Source of the DNA: Callorhinchus milii
Lineage: Eukaryota
Length of the DNA: 64,000 bases
Direction of reading: 5' to 3'
Assembly: GCF_018977255.1 (NCBI RefSeq)
Contig: NW_024704742.1
Span: 42,534,001 to 42,598,000 of the forward strand
How positions within the stretch are numbered: the stretch's first letter is position 1; each line of letters begins with the position of its first letter. The notes under the pieces are model-generated. The model had not been told where the DNA came from. It saw nothing but the letters and a program-made list of their open reading frames with translations, and did no database searches. The translations under genes were made by a program, and so were the position numbers. Below, one piece after another: positions 14,046 to 26,157 of the stretch.

Positions 14046-14906
14046 CAAATTTATCAAATTGGATTGCCTCACAGGACTTTACAATAATTCCTGTCAAGTG
14101 TAGTGACTGATTTGCATAGCCAAACATAAAAGTTATTTGGGCACAGCAATGTCCCACAAACAGCTATGAAGTCCCTATTCATCCCACTAGAAATCACTAC
14201 AGTAAGATGCTGGTTATTCACATACAACTATCTGTGTATAAATTTGCATGGAAAAGAACACAGGGCTATGAGATACTAGCCAAAACATCCAGTTATATGT
14301 ATGAACACAAGATTACTAGAAATGTGATTTAGCAGAAAAACCACGGGACTAGTAACCTTGTCCATACCATATGTGTACAAATTTATTTTGGTCAGCTGCG
14401 TGTCTCACGAATGCAGAAACCCATCATGGTACTTAAAAATATCCAAACCAGACGATGAATATCAAGTATGTACAACACTTACACTTGGAAATTTCCATGT
14501 GGCTGAAAGGTATGCACACTCTTTCTGGAGGGACACATCATTAGGTGCAAATTGGCGAGAGCCGTACACTGGGGATCTCAGAGTATGGGTTCAGCTACTG
14601 CTTGGAGTTTAACCAACTAAGGCCGCATAGCTTGCCACATTGAGAGCACAGTCTGACAAGCTTCCTTGTTACTTGTCCAGCTAGGACCATCTACTCATTA
14701 GTGCTTTGACTTGTAGGGTTAACAGACATGGGAAGAATAACTCTCCCCCGCACCCCAGAGACCCGTTTTCCTCTCTCAAGTTCTGACAACAAGCCAGGCT
14801 GGGCACTCCAAACAGCCTGAGGTATGGTGAACCTGCCTGGCCCAAGAACCAGGCACAGAGACTGCCATAGAGGATTCACTCGCTTCCAGCATACACTGAT
14901 CACTGT

Positions 14907-15226
14907 AATAATAATAATAATCCTTGCATTTTATATAGCGCTTTTCACATCTTCTAGACGTCCCAAAGCGCTTCACAGAATATACTGTAAAGTGAATTGA
15001 CTGTATATTTTTTTTGTGGGCGAACCCGGCAGCCAATTGTGCACAGCAATGTCCCACAAACAGTCATGGATTCAAAATGACCAATTTATTATTGTTTTTT
15101 TTGGAGGGATTATTATTAGGCGTGTGGAGTAAGGAAACTTGCCCAAGGTTTCGCCCTGTCTGGAATTGAACTCAGGTCTCTCACTTGCAAACCGAGTGCT
15201 CTAACCACTGAGCTACAGGACTCCAC
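14907..15226 (-). mobile_element. Young tRNA-derived SINE, full length
   Basis: Reverse complement of the 24883 family; CACTGTA repeated at 14901-14907 and 15224-15230 (TSD candidate). Confidence 0.92.
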
Positions 15227-15394
15227 TGTACTTGTGTAATAAGGTGAAAGATATCAAAGCACTTTTTTCATCACTGGAATAGAATCTTCCTGCTATCCAC
15301 ATAATTTAAAAATCTCTCTCCACTTAATACTTTTTCCTTGGCATAAACATCTAACAGTTAGGAGAAAGCTCCCAGTGCATTAGCTAAGCTATTA

Positions 15395-15805
15395 AACAAC
15401 AACAAAAACAAAATTACATTTGTTTAGCGCCTTTCACATCGGGAGGATGTCCCAAGGCGCTGGACAATCAGTGTTTCGGACCTGAGCTGGGATCGGGGTC
15501 GGGGAGAGTGGGGGGAAGGGGGGGGGGGGAAGGAGGATGACTGAAGGCACAGTCAAAGAGGAGGGTTTTCAGACAGTCTTGAAGGATGCAAAGGAAGGAA
15601 TGTGGCGGAGGTCTGTGGGATGGAGTTCCAGAGGGTAGGGGCAGAGTGGCTGAAGGCCCACCCGACAATGGTGGGATGGGCAAGGTGGAGGACGTGAAGC
15701 AGACGGGAGTGCACTGAGCGGAGGGAGCGGGCAGATTGGTAGGGGGTTAGGAGGTCGCAAAGGTAAGGGAGAGCAAGGCCATGGAGGGCTTTGAAAGTGA
15801 CAACC
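15395..15805 (-). mobile_element. L2 LINE 3' end
   Basis: (CAA)n tail, CCTTTCACATCGGGAGGATGTCCCAAGG, GAGTTCCAGAG, GGAGCAAGGCCATGGAGGGCTTTGAA. Confidence 0.82.
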
Positions 15806-16866
15806 GGATAACACAGTGAAATTAGAGGGAAAATAAAAAATGACCTGAAAATAAAAAAGATGATAAAACATTATTTGAGCATTCAATGAACACAAGCCAG
15901 AAATGAATTAAAAATGAATTAATTCTTCTCATGCAGCTACACTGCAGACATTAGTTCAACACAGTGCTGTTATTAGTGAGGTGTGACTAAGTAGTTGCTT
16001 GGAGGTGCTCTGCCAGCTCTGCATCGCTCTCCTCCCATCTGATTGAAAGAACAACGGAGATTTGTAATCGCACACTTAGCGTCATACGCACACAAACACA
16101 GCGATACTAAAATATTGTCCAAAACACGCCTATTTCAAAATTCACCAAATAACTGATTCTCCAGCCAATTACTTACTAGTCTTAAGATCCCCATAAGTTT
16201 ATAGGTATAACATCTTTATTTGCAAACTTTGTAGTTATACTGCATCCCCTATAATACCCAAACAGCATAAGGTGATCTCCCTCTGGGGCACTCAGTGTGG
16301 GGCAGTGTCACTGTGGGTCAGTCTCACTTTGGGGCAATGCTGTGTGCCAGAGGCTATTCGGGTTACCCCAAAGGACTGGTGTCGTTCCACGATGAGAAAA
16401 GTCTGATGTAAAATGAATTAAATTGTTAACAATCTCACCAAACTGAAGAGGTTTGAAAAATGATTGTTTTATTCCCTATTTGTAATAAAGTTACTAGAAA
16501 CTTCAGTACATCTTATTGATTTTGATACAAATCTTCAGTTTTAGATAAGAGCTTGAATTGGCTGCTGACTAACAGAAAACGGCAGAGGCCAGAAAGAACA
16601 TGAGGTGCAGGACTGGACTTGAGCTGTCCAGGCTCTTTCAAAGGGCCAGCACTGCCACAATGGGCTGTAAATTTCTATAGTTCTATGATTAAGATCAACC
16701 CTCGTTTGGGCTCCAGTGTTGTAATATGTGAATGTTGCATTGTCAGAGGTGCCATCCTTCAGATGAGATATTAATCAAGGTCCCATCTGCCTGTCCTTCT
16801 GATCCCATGAGACTATTGGAAAACAGAAGGAATTTATTCCCACTGTCCTGACCAACAATCCTCAGG

Positions 16867-17026
16867 ATTAAACAAAACACAAAATACTGCAGATGCTGGA
16901 AGTCTGAAAACCAAAGCAGGAGTCGCTGGGAACACTCAGCAGGTCAGGCAGCATCTAAACTACCTATGATTAAGACATTTAATGCTGCCTGACCTGCTGA
17001 GTGTTCCCAGCGACATCCGTTTTTGT
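16867..17026. mobile_element. Penelope-terminus-derived hairpin mini-element with 10-bp TSD
   Basis: ATACTGCAGATGCTGG...CTCAGCAGGTCAGGCAGCAT terminus (homologous to 8090-8120). Perfect 33-bp inverted repeat 16922-16954 / 16982-17014. TSD AATCCTCAGG at 16857-16866 and 17027-17036. Confidence 0.78.
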
Positions 17027-17735
17027 AATCCTCAGGGCTAGTTGGTTATTCAACTCATGGTTGTTTGGGGAATCTTGCTGTACACAAACTGACTGTCAGG
17101 TGTCATACAGAAGTTAGTCACTACAGATGACAATAAGTGCTGCAATGAGGTTTCAATAAATAAGGCACTAAGAATGCCTTAAAACTAAAGTTATTTATTT
17201 TTTTATTGGTGAGCGAGGTTAGACCTGCTCACTCCCATTGACCAAACATAATGAAACGTTCCACTTTGGGAGTGAGGATTGCCCCCGCAGAGAAACCCTA
17301 ATCACCCCAAACTCTTCTAGGCTCCAAATTGTCTAACGACAATGTGGACCTGAACCATGTCTTCACGACCACCCGAGGAAGTCAGGTGACCGGATCACCT
17401 CTCCGCAGGGCAAGCCCAGCTTGAGCATAGTGACCAAGTGCTCAAGGTAGCTCTGAGTTCAAGTATTCTCTGCTTCCTCTTTGTGAGAGCAGATCAAACT
17501 CTTTAGATCGGAAGTACTGCAATACCGATCCCAACAAACAGAGGGCAGAAAGCACAGTGGTAGCCCAGAGCTCAATCCTCCCCATAATGCTCCCAGTTAT
17601 GGGTGAGATTCGGAAATCACAATAGGAGATGAACTTTCCCAGCATCTCTAGCTCAAGGAGTAACTGATCAGAACAGATACTACACTTCATCTTAGCCAAA
17701 AGGCCAAGAAGCGATCAAAAAATTATTTGGTTAGT

Positions 17736-18060
17736 TTTCTTTGAAAATATGTATTTATTTATAAATACAATATTTGGTACAACAGAAATCCAAAACAAAC
17801 ACAACATACAACATCTTCTGCTACAATTTTTTCCTTTCTCCCAATACAAAAAACATTCCGTTGTTTACGGTACATTCCTTCACCGCACATAGGTTGTGCA
17901 CACAGTTCTTGGGATGCTCCCTTCAAAACAGTTGGGAGTCGCCCCTGTGTACACCCCATCCGTGTGCGTGCCTGCACACACCCTGATAAGACGCATTTGC
18001 TGCTTTCGGAAGGTGCCCTGATGTGCACCGTACGTGCACATGTTTCCCATGCGTACATTT
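17736..18060 (-). mobile_element. Probable L1/Tx1-type non-LTR element 3' end
   Basis: Minus strand is CpG-containing, TG-rich and ends TTTATAAATAAATACATATTTTCAAGAAAA (polyA signal plus A-rich end). Confidence 0.4.
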
Positions 18061-20321
18061 TCGGGATGCACTTTGGTTACATCTCAAGAGTATCTTCAGC
18101 CACACCAGAAGCCATTTATTAAAGCAATTTTCTGGCACTTCAGTCAATTCCTGTGCGTTTTTGTGAATTGAGTTGAGCTTTGATGCCACTGTGTGGCCAA
18201 ACATGATGCATTGCAAGTCAAGGTTACAGAGGAATGACACTTCATATGTTTTCAGTGCTCCCTTCCTGTCTGGCGTGCAGTGATGCGAGCCCACACAAGG
18301 GAGGGCTTACCTCATTCAGATTAACCTGCAGATGGCAATTCTCAAACACAGATTACAAAGAGCTGTGCAACAAACATGATCACAGCACTACAGCTATATA
18401 AACACAAACAATCACCTACAAAAATACAGTCACTATAATTTACAATACATTCTGTGAACCACTTTGAGACGTCCTCCTGACATGAAAGGTGCTATACCGA
18501 GTGCAAGGATTGTTATTAATATAAATTGAGTAGGTTATTAGGTTATTAATTATTAGGTTCATTAAAGCAATGATTTTATCACTGGAAAAATACTTTTCCA
18601 TTCAAGCAACCATGAGCAAGCATTCACAGAGTAGATATGGTACACAGTAGTAGTGAATGAACATTCCCATTGTTTGGTATATTGATAGCATAGGGCATAA
18701 GATTAGGAGTCTTGATGCTAGAGAAAAAGGTGAGGTTAGCCAAAACTTTTACACATCAGTGAGTACAGTAATTATTGATGTTTAACAAAACAGAATTTGA
18801 AGGGACTTGGATAAAAAAATTAAGAGAAAGAATATAAAGAATAAGAGATAAAGAGCAGGGATTTTAAATTAGAGCAGTTCGTTCCAATGGATACAATATC
18901 ATCAGGCTTAAAGGAGGGATTGCTATTTCATGTGCAACAATTTCTAGGATGCCATCTCCTGTCTATCATTTACCACTTTCCAAACCATACATCTTTTTGA
19001 CCTCTGAGTGAGAGCTAATTCAGTGTCAATCAATGATAATTTTATAATAAGAATCCTTGCATTTGATATAGCGCTTTCCACATCGGGGGGACATCTTGTA
19101 GCACTTTCAGGATAATAATAATAATAATCCTTGCATTTGATATAGTGCCTTATCATGTCTTCGAGATGTCTCAAAACGCTTCACAAAATATACTGCAAAG
19201 AGTAGTGATTGTATTTTGTCCTGTGGGTTTACATTCGTTGGGTACTGGGTTGACCTAAACTTGTTTCACTTAATAACCTTACAGAAGGGTGACTAAAAGT
19301 CCTGATTTCCAGGGCCAGTCCATGGATGAGGCATTGCGTCCCTGACCAAATTTGCCCTATCTACAGTTCAGCAACAAACTGAGCAAGAACAATAAAATTC
19401 TAAAACAGATACATTCATCAGAGAAATACAGCCATTAATCCGACAATCTTCTTCAGTACTGTCAGCATCAGGAATTGTGGTGAGTACAATTTTTTAAACA
19501 TATGTCCCTGGATTTGATTTACAAATACCGTCACCATACCTTGTAGCCAGTGGAGGCAAGTGTTTCACTCTTTTCACATGGGTTTGATTGAAACCCAGAT
19601 CCAGAGATTAGACTGGGTCCCGAGTGCTGTATATTAATCCCTTTCTTATTAGAAGCGGCTGCTTCTCATTAATACTGCACCAGAAACACTGCCAACGAGC
19701 TCAGAAAAGATGTTACAGTCAACATGTATCAGCAACACAACTCTCGCCGAGTTGGCACAAGGGTTGAAATACATTGCCAGAAAAGCAAAGAACATACATT
19801 GCTATATTTAGCAGCTTGTAGATTCCAGGAAAAGCGCACCAAACGGTTCAATTTAGAAGCCAGCTTTCTAGATTATGAGTTATAATATGGGTTAAATGCA
19901 AAGTAAACATTCAATCAGTCACTCATACTGAAATCAATATATAGTGTATTGGTAGTCTGTAGGCCCATATTGGAGAGGAGGAGAAACTGTTTACCATTGT
20001 GTACATTGCAGTCTGGGTACTTTGCCCCATCCTTGCACGGCCCCATTGGCTTCTCATCCCTCAGAGGACAGAGTTCAAAATTCTCACCCTCGCCTTCAAA
20101 ACCTGATACAGCTTTGCTCCTCCCTACCCTGGTGACCTGCTAACTCCATACTGACCTGTCCACTCTCTTTTCGACTTTGGTCACCCTCCTACCACCATCC
20201 TCCCTGCCCTCCACCCCTCCTGATTCTAAACCCAGCTAAGATCCAAATCCTTGATTTTCCAGTGCCTTCCTATGTGAAAGGCAATATACAAATGCAATTT
20301 GTTCTTGTTGCATATGTAGTG

Positions 20322-20997
20322 AAGGTCTGTAGTCCAGTGGTTAGAACACTCGCCTCACAAGCGAGAGACCTGAGTCCAATTCCCGGGCAAGGTGAAATGT
20401 TGGGCAAGTTTCCTTACTCCACACGCCTGTTTACCAAGCAATAATTAGCAATTCAGCTATTAGTCGATTAGCAGACTGCCTTTCCGGGGAGGGTAATAAT
20501 TCTTTCAAAAAAATAATACTACTGATAATAATAATCCTTGCATTTGATATAGCGCTTTTCACGTCGGGAGGTCGTCCCAAAGCGCTTCACAGAACACACT
20601 GTAAAGTATATTTTTTTTGTGGGCGAACGCGGCAGCCAATTGCGCACAGCAATGTCCCACAAACAGTCGTAGATTGAAAATGACCAATTTATTATTGTTT
20701 GGGGTTTTGGAGGGATTATTATTAGGCGTGTGGAGTAAGGAAACTTGCCAAAGGTTTCGCCCTGCCTGGAATTGAACTCAGGTCTCTCGCTTGCAAAGGG
20801 AGTGCTCTAACCACTGAGCTACAGGACCAATGAATTGGTCACTTCAGCCCATGACTGTTTGTGGGACACTGCTGGGCGCAATTGGCTGCCAAGTTTCGCC
20901 CACAAAATATACAGTCAATTTACTTTACAGTATATTCTGTGAAGCGCTTTGAGATGTCTCGAAGACTGTATCAAATGCAAGATTTCTTATTATTATA
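20322..20997 (+). mobile_element. Long-subfamily tRNA SINE split by an inverted young SINE (20525-20827, minus strand)
   Basis: Head at 20322-20520, body resumes about 20830 (AATTGGTCACTT...) to tail at 20997; inner copy is antisense. Confidence 0.85.
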
Positions 20998-21569
20998 TAG
21001 AGTGGCTGTTACATTGTTGATGCAAGGTCATATCTCTACAGTGGTTCTAGATATGCAGGGGAGAAACCTGACCTATAACTCAACTTGATACACAGAACAT
21101 AAACAGAACATGGATGCTATTAAAGAGCCAACCAAAAGCTTTAAATAGAGCTCAGTAAAGAGAGCTCAGAGCAATTGGCACCAGTCATGTTTATACTACA
21201 CATGCAAACAGCTCAGTTGCATTAAGGGCAGCATGTCAAATCTGTGGTAGAACAATGTGAGCTGCCAGCATGGAGTTGTCCAGCTGGCTCAGCATCATTG
21301 GGCAGAGTTAAAGCAAAGTAATGCTCTACTTATGTGCATTTACTATTCATGTGTTGGACTCAACTGAGCAGCATCTGAATACCAATTAGTTTTTACTAAC
21401 ATCTATATGTGCTACATGTAAACCATGTGTTAAACGGTATGTGTACAAGTTATAAGGATGTTCCACCACTTCCAACCAGCATCAGCACCTTACAATGATT
21501 CCCTTCTGGAAACTACAGCAATCAGTAACTACACTGCGCTTGAGGAAAGGAATTTCTGCTTTAGGTGTC

Positions 21570-21965
21570 AACCTAGTTCAGCTGGTAGCACTCTCACCTC
21601 TGGATCAGAAGGTTGTTGGTTCGAACCCCACGTTGAGACATTGAGCTAATAGTCTAGGCTGATACTTCAATGCAATGTTGGGGGAGGTGCCCATGAGATG
21701 TTAAACCAAAGTCCTATTTGGTTGTTTAGATGGACTTTAAAGTTCCCTTGGCTTTATTCAACAAAATAAGGGCACTTCTGATGCTGTCCTGGCCAATAAT
21801 CCTTCAGATAAATTGGTCATTTTATATTTATTTGTGGGACATTGCTGTGCATAAATTGGCTGTTTTTGCTTTGTGTATTTATTATGAAATACACAATCAC
21901 TGCACTACAATTCCTCGTGAAGCACTTTGAGATGTTTCAACATTGCAAGTGCTACATTAAATGTA
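21570..21965 (+). mobile_element. Old SacSINE1/Deu-SINE-like element
   Basis: GGTAGCACTCTCACCTCTGGATCAGAAGGTTG...CTAGGCTGATACT...GATGTTAAACC...GTCCTGGCCAA. Confidence 0.75.
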
Positions 21966-22786
21966 ATATTTTTAAAATTGAAAATCAACATTTTTTTGTA
22001 TTTGATAGAGTGCCTTTGATGTCAGGAAGACATCTCAAAATGCTTCACAGAATTCTGTATAATACGTCGTTAGGTGTGAAGTCGCCTGTAAATTTACTGT
22101 GAATATTATATTGCTTTTTGTGAAATGTAGATTGGTAAAAATAAAAAATAAAGAAGCAAACAATGTAAATTACTTGATTTAACATTCAATATTGAATCAG
22201 TGTATTAAACCCGAAATAACTTTAGTTATAGAATTTATTTAAAAAAATAAACAATTGTAGGTTCACAATGACCTCACTTATATTGTTGATTTACATATCT
22301 AATTTTAGTAACCAACATTTGACAAAAAGCAATATAAGACTGGAAGTGAATGATGGGACAAACCATCTCAACCATGTAAACTGTCAGGCTGCTTTTCCTT
22401 CCTAAGAGGCTGATGCAAATATGACACTTTCTAAAATCCACAAATTAATCTAGCTGACTGACTGCAGCATCAGCCTCACTTGGTCCGTGGCCTGGGATCT
22501 CATTTATATTTACTGTAACTATCTCTGCAAATCAGCATGGGAACCACATGGAAAAAGAATGAGAAGAAGTCAATGCTGTACTAAATTATTTATTTTAATC
22601 TACACGACAAAACAACTCTCTTGATGACTTTTCAAGATGTGTTGGCCCTCCAGCACTGTCTAATAACTTGGGGAACAGCAGAAGTATAACAGCATACAAT
22701 TATATTTACCTCACGATAAGACTATTCAGCACTGAATGCTTGAAAGGGAAATTGGTGCCTGTGGATCGTGGCAGTGGCAGGAGTGG

Positions 22787-22796
22787 CTGACGTCAG
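22787..22796. promoter_or_regulatory. Full palindromic CRE (CREB/ATF site)
   Basis: CTGACGTCAG with retained CpG in unique sequence. Confidence 0.35.
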
Positions 22797-24882
22797 ATTC
22801 TCTCTCCTGCGCACAAGTGATTATTATCAGACAGTGGGCTTGTTTTCAGAATAGTCTGTTTTGTGTTTGAGGACGTGCCTGGAGTAAGAACATAGTTAAC
22901 TTTCTTTTGTAGCTGCTCCTCGGCTGATGTGTTTGAGCAGTGAGGAATTAAAGCAGAGGTTAGAAAAAATCTTTTTTTATGTATGGAATTTTCTGCAACT
23001 ACCTGCTGACAAAGCCCATAGTTTATTTTAAAAAATTATAATATAATAATCCTTGCAAATTAATATAGTGCCTTTCACATCAAGAGGACATCTCAAAGTG
23101 CTTCACAAGATTATTGTAAAGTGTAGTGCTGTGTATTCTGTGGGTGCAAAAAAGAAAGCAGATTCAGAAGGAAAACTATTTCATTATTGTCCAATAAACA
23201 ACCAATATGTGGCATACCAGAAAAAGTAATAATGCACTGGTTAAAGAAAGCTCTACCAAAAAGGAATCTAAATGTTTTTATCTGGGTTATTCCAGATCAT
23301 TCCTAGAATCATTGAACCATAGACATTTACAGCACAGAAGCAAAACATTCAGCTCGTTTTCATAGCATAGCAAAATGTTACCCATTTTCACTTTCAATTG
23401 TTTAGAGAGCTCTAAATTACATCTGTTTGTTCTGTTTTTCTCTTAGGAAGGCATGTTAATCAGGATTAGCAGAATTGTAGAAAAAATCCAGGTTTAATTT
23501 GTAAATTTTTGGTTTAAAAATGAACCAGTTTCAAATTTGAGATTTTTCCACAATTCTGCTCCATCTTAAATTTTTTTAAGGAAAATGGTCTTAACACAGG
23601 CCTGTTCCAGCTCCCTTGGTCCCTCACATCACCATCATCAGTCCTGCCATCAGCCACTACTCCCTAATCTTTGGAACAGCAAGCCCCAATACTCCTTTAT
23701 CTTTAAATTGCACTTGAAGATTTACCTCTACAACCGTACCTAAAGTCACTTCCCCTCCCCCCCTCCCTTGCTCAGTGTCCAACTTCCTATTATGAAGGCG
23801 AGGATTTTAAAGAGGCTTTACTGTTCAGATCACAAAATGTTACAGCGTAGAAACAGGTCATTTGGCCCATCAAGTCTGCACTGNTTTTTTTCTCTACATG
23901 AGTCGCCTAATCTAATGCCACTCTCCTGCTCGCTTGTTTTTTTTATTATTTTTTAAGCATCGATCTAGTTACTGTTCAAAATAATTTATGGACTCTGCTT
24001 TAGTAGCAGTTTGTGGCAGACAATTGCAACTTTTATTGACCTTAGTGTAAAGATTTATTTCCCAAATTCTCTTTTAATTATGATTTTATTACATTAAATC
24101 TATGTAGTTACTGATTCACTGAGCAATAAACATTGACTGTACTTTAACTTAATCTAGAAAACCTTCATTGGATCACTTCCTCACCTTCACAACCCTAATA
24201 AAAATACTCTTAACTACTCAGGTCTCTAGGGCTGAAAATCCTCATTTCCAGTTAACTTCCTGGAATGACTTTTCATGGCTGCACTTGTTTTCTTGCTTTT
24301 ATATCATTCTTATTAAGGAATCTGCATAATATTCCAACTGGGGCCTAACTAAGACATTTAACATTACATCCTTACTCTTGTATTCTATGTATTCTCGATG
24401 TAAAACCTCCTTGCCTTTTTTATGTTCAGCAAAGTTGCCTGAGAATAAAGATAATAAAAGAACGCTGAACAAAACATAAATTTAGAGGAACAGGCAAGAT
24501 AAACATCTCCAAGAAGCAGTCAGACTGCATTTCGCCTACAAAATATACAGCCACTATACTTTCTTTCCTCCTCCTTTCTCTCTCAATCACCCTTACCCCC
24601 CCACACACACCCCCCACACTCCCCCCCACACCGCCCCCCCCCCCAAATCAATCCCCACCCATCTCAGAGCACAGGGGTGGGAGGGGGGTGGGGAGGAAAC
24701 AGGGAAAAGCCCCACATTTTCCTATCCTATTGCTGAAATTCCACTTGGGTTGAGACTTAAGTCCATTTCGTTCAAATCTTAAGCTTGGCGCGAGAATTTT
24801 ATTTTATTTTTTTAAACGAACGATTTTAAGTCGCCTTCGGCCGCAGCTGATTATTTGTAATTATTAGTAGTATTGTTATTAT

Positions 24883-25212
24883 GTGGAGTCCTGTAGCTCA
24901 GTGGTTAGAGCACTCGCTTTGCAAGTGAGAGACCTGAGTTCAATTCCAGGCAGAGGGTGAAACCTTGGGCAAGTTTCCTTACTCCACACAGAGCCTAATA
25001 ATAATCCCTCCAAAACCAAAAACAATAATAAATTGGTCATTTTCAATCCACGACTGTTTGTGGGACATTGCTGTGCGCAATTGGCTGCCGCGTTCGCCCA
25101 CAAATATACAGTCAATTCACTTTACAGTGTGTTCTGTGAAGCGCTTTGGGACGTCCTCCCGACGTGAAAAGCGCTATATCAAATGCAAGGATTATTATTA
25201 TTATTATTATTA
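24883..25212 (+). mobile_element. Young tRNA(Ala)-derived SINE, full length, L2-type tail, (TTA)n end
   Basis: A box TAGCTCAGTGG, anticodon-like arm CTCGC-TTTGCAA-GTGAG, B box GAGTTCAATTCC, Deu-like 3' body GTTTGTGGGACATTGCTGTGCGCAATTGGCTGCCG, tail AAATGCAAGGA(TTA)n. Confidence 0.92.
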
Positions 25213-26157
25213 CAGTGAAATCCTGTGAATGGATCTTGTGAATCCTCCCGAAATGAATGGCAAATACAAGATTATTGTTGATTGTAATGACGGAGAGAGA
25301 CACTAAGAAACAATCAAGAGCAGAATGCAAATAAAGAGAGTGACTGAGAGTGGCAGAAGAGGGTGTGTGCAGTATCTTAAGGAGTATCAATTGTTGATGC
25401 AAGTAAATCTCTTACAACAAAAAATTGCGAAAGACTGCTACAAACAAGGCTCGGCTTTCTTCATGCATTCATGTTTTACTTAAAAGGATAGAAATGTCAG
25501 GAAAAGGGAGTTTTATTGATAGTGGGTATTATTTTATACAATATAAAATATGCAGCCTCCAAAAAGCTCAGGAGGTACAATTTATTTTCAATCCTCACAG
25601 TAATCAAAATTGGTGCTTGACTCACTTGCAGGAGGACAGAGAAAATTACCTATTTTTCATCACTCTGACTGTGTTCTTGTTTAACAACAGCAGCAATGGT
25701 GCCTATATTTACAACCACTTGTTGCACTGTGTTCTTTTAGATGTAAAAGTACATAAAAAAAACAACAAAAAGACCCAGACTACCTGGGGGTATTGAAGTC
25801 TATTAAAGAGAAAGCTGCAACCTTAGTGAAAGAATCAATACATGTCTGTAATAGAATTCTCAATGATTGAGTAATTTCACTTTTCTAAAATCAAATGTCA
25901 TCTTTTGTCGGGTGGCAAAAGAATGAAATATTGTCACTGCAAATGTCTTTCTTGGAAGAGATGACTAGAGGAGTGTGCAGTCTTCAGGCTGCAGTTAATT
26001 TCCTGTTAGCACAGCTTGACTGGATCTGCAGTGCCCTCGATTATACTGACTAGCTTGAGATTGGTAAGTATAAGTAAATAAATAATCCTTGCATTTGATA
26101 AGTAAACAAGTTCAATGAACCTTTATTGGAGCATTCACCAAAATACAGCTCTCTATA

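Noticed and set aside
24885..24955. tRNA-Ala(UGC) gene
   Set aside because: No proper acceptor stem or terminator; it is the head of a multi-copy SINE.
24965..25228. Recurrent small protein family (MGKFPYST...KCKDYYYY)
   Set aside because: Chance ORF in the SINE consensus; poly-Tyr comes from the (TTA)n tail.
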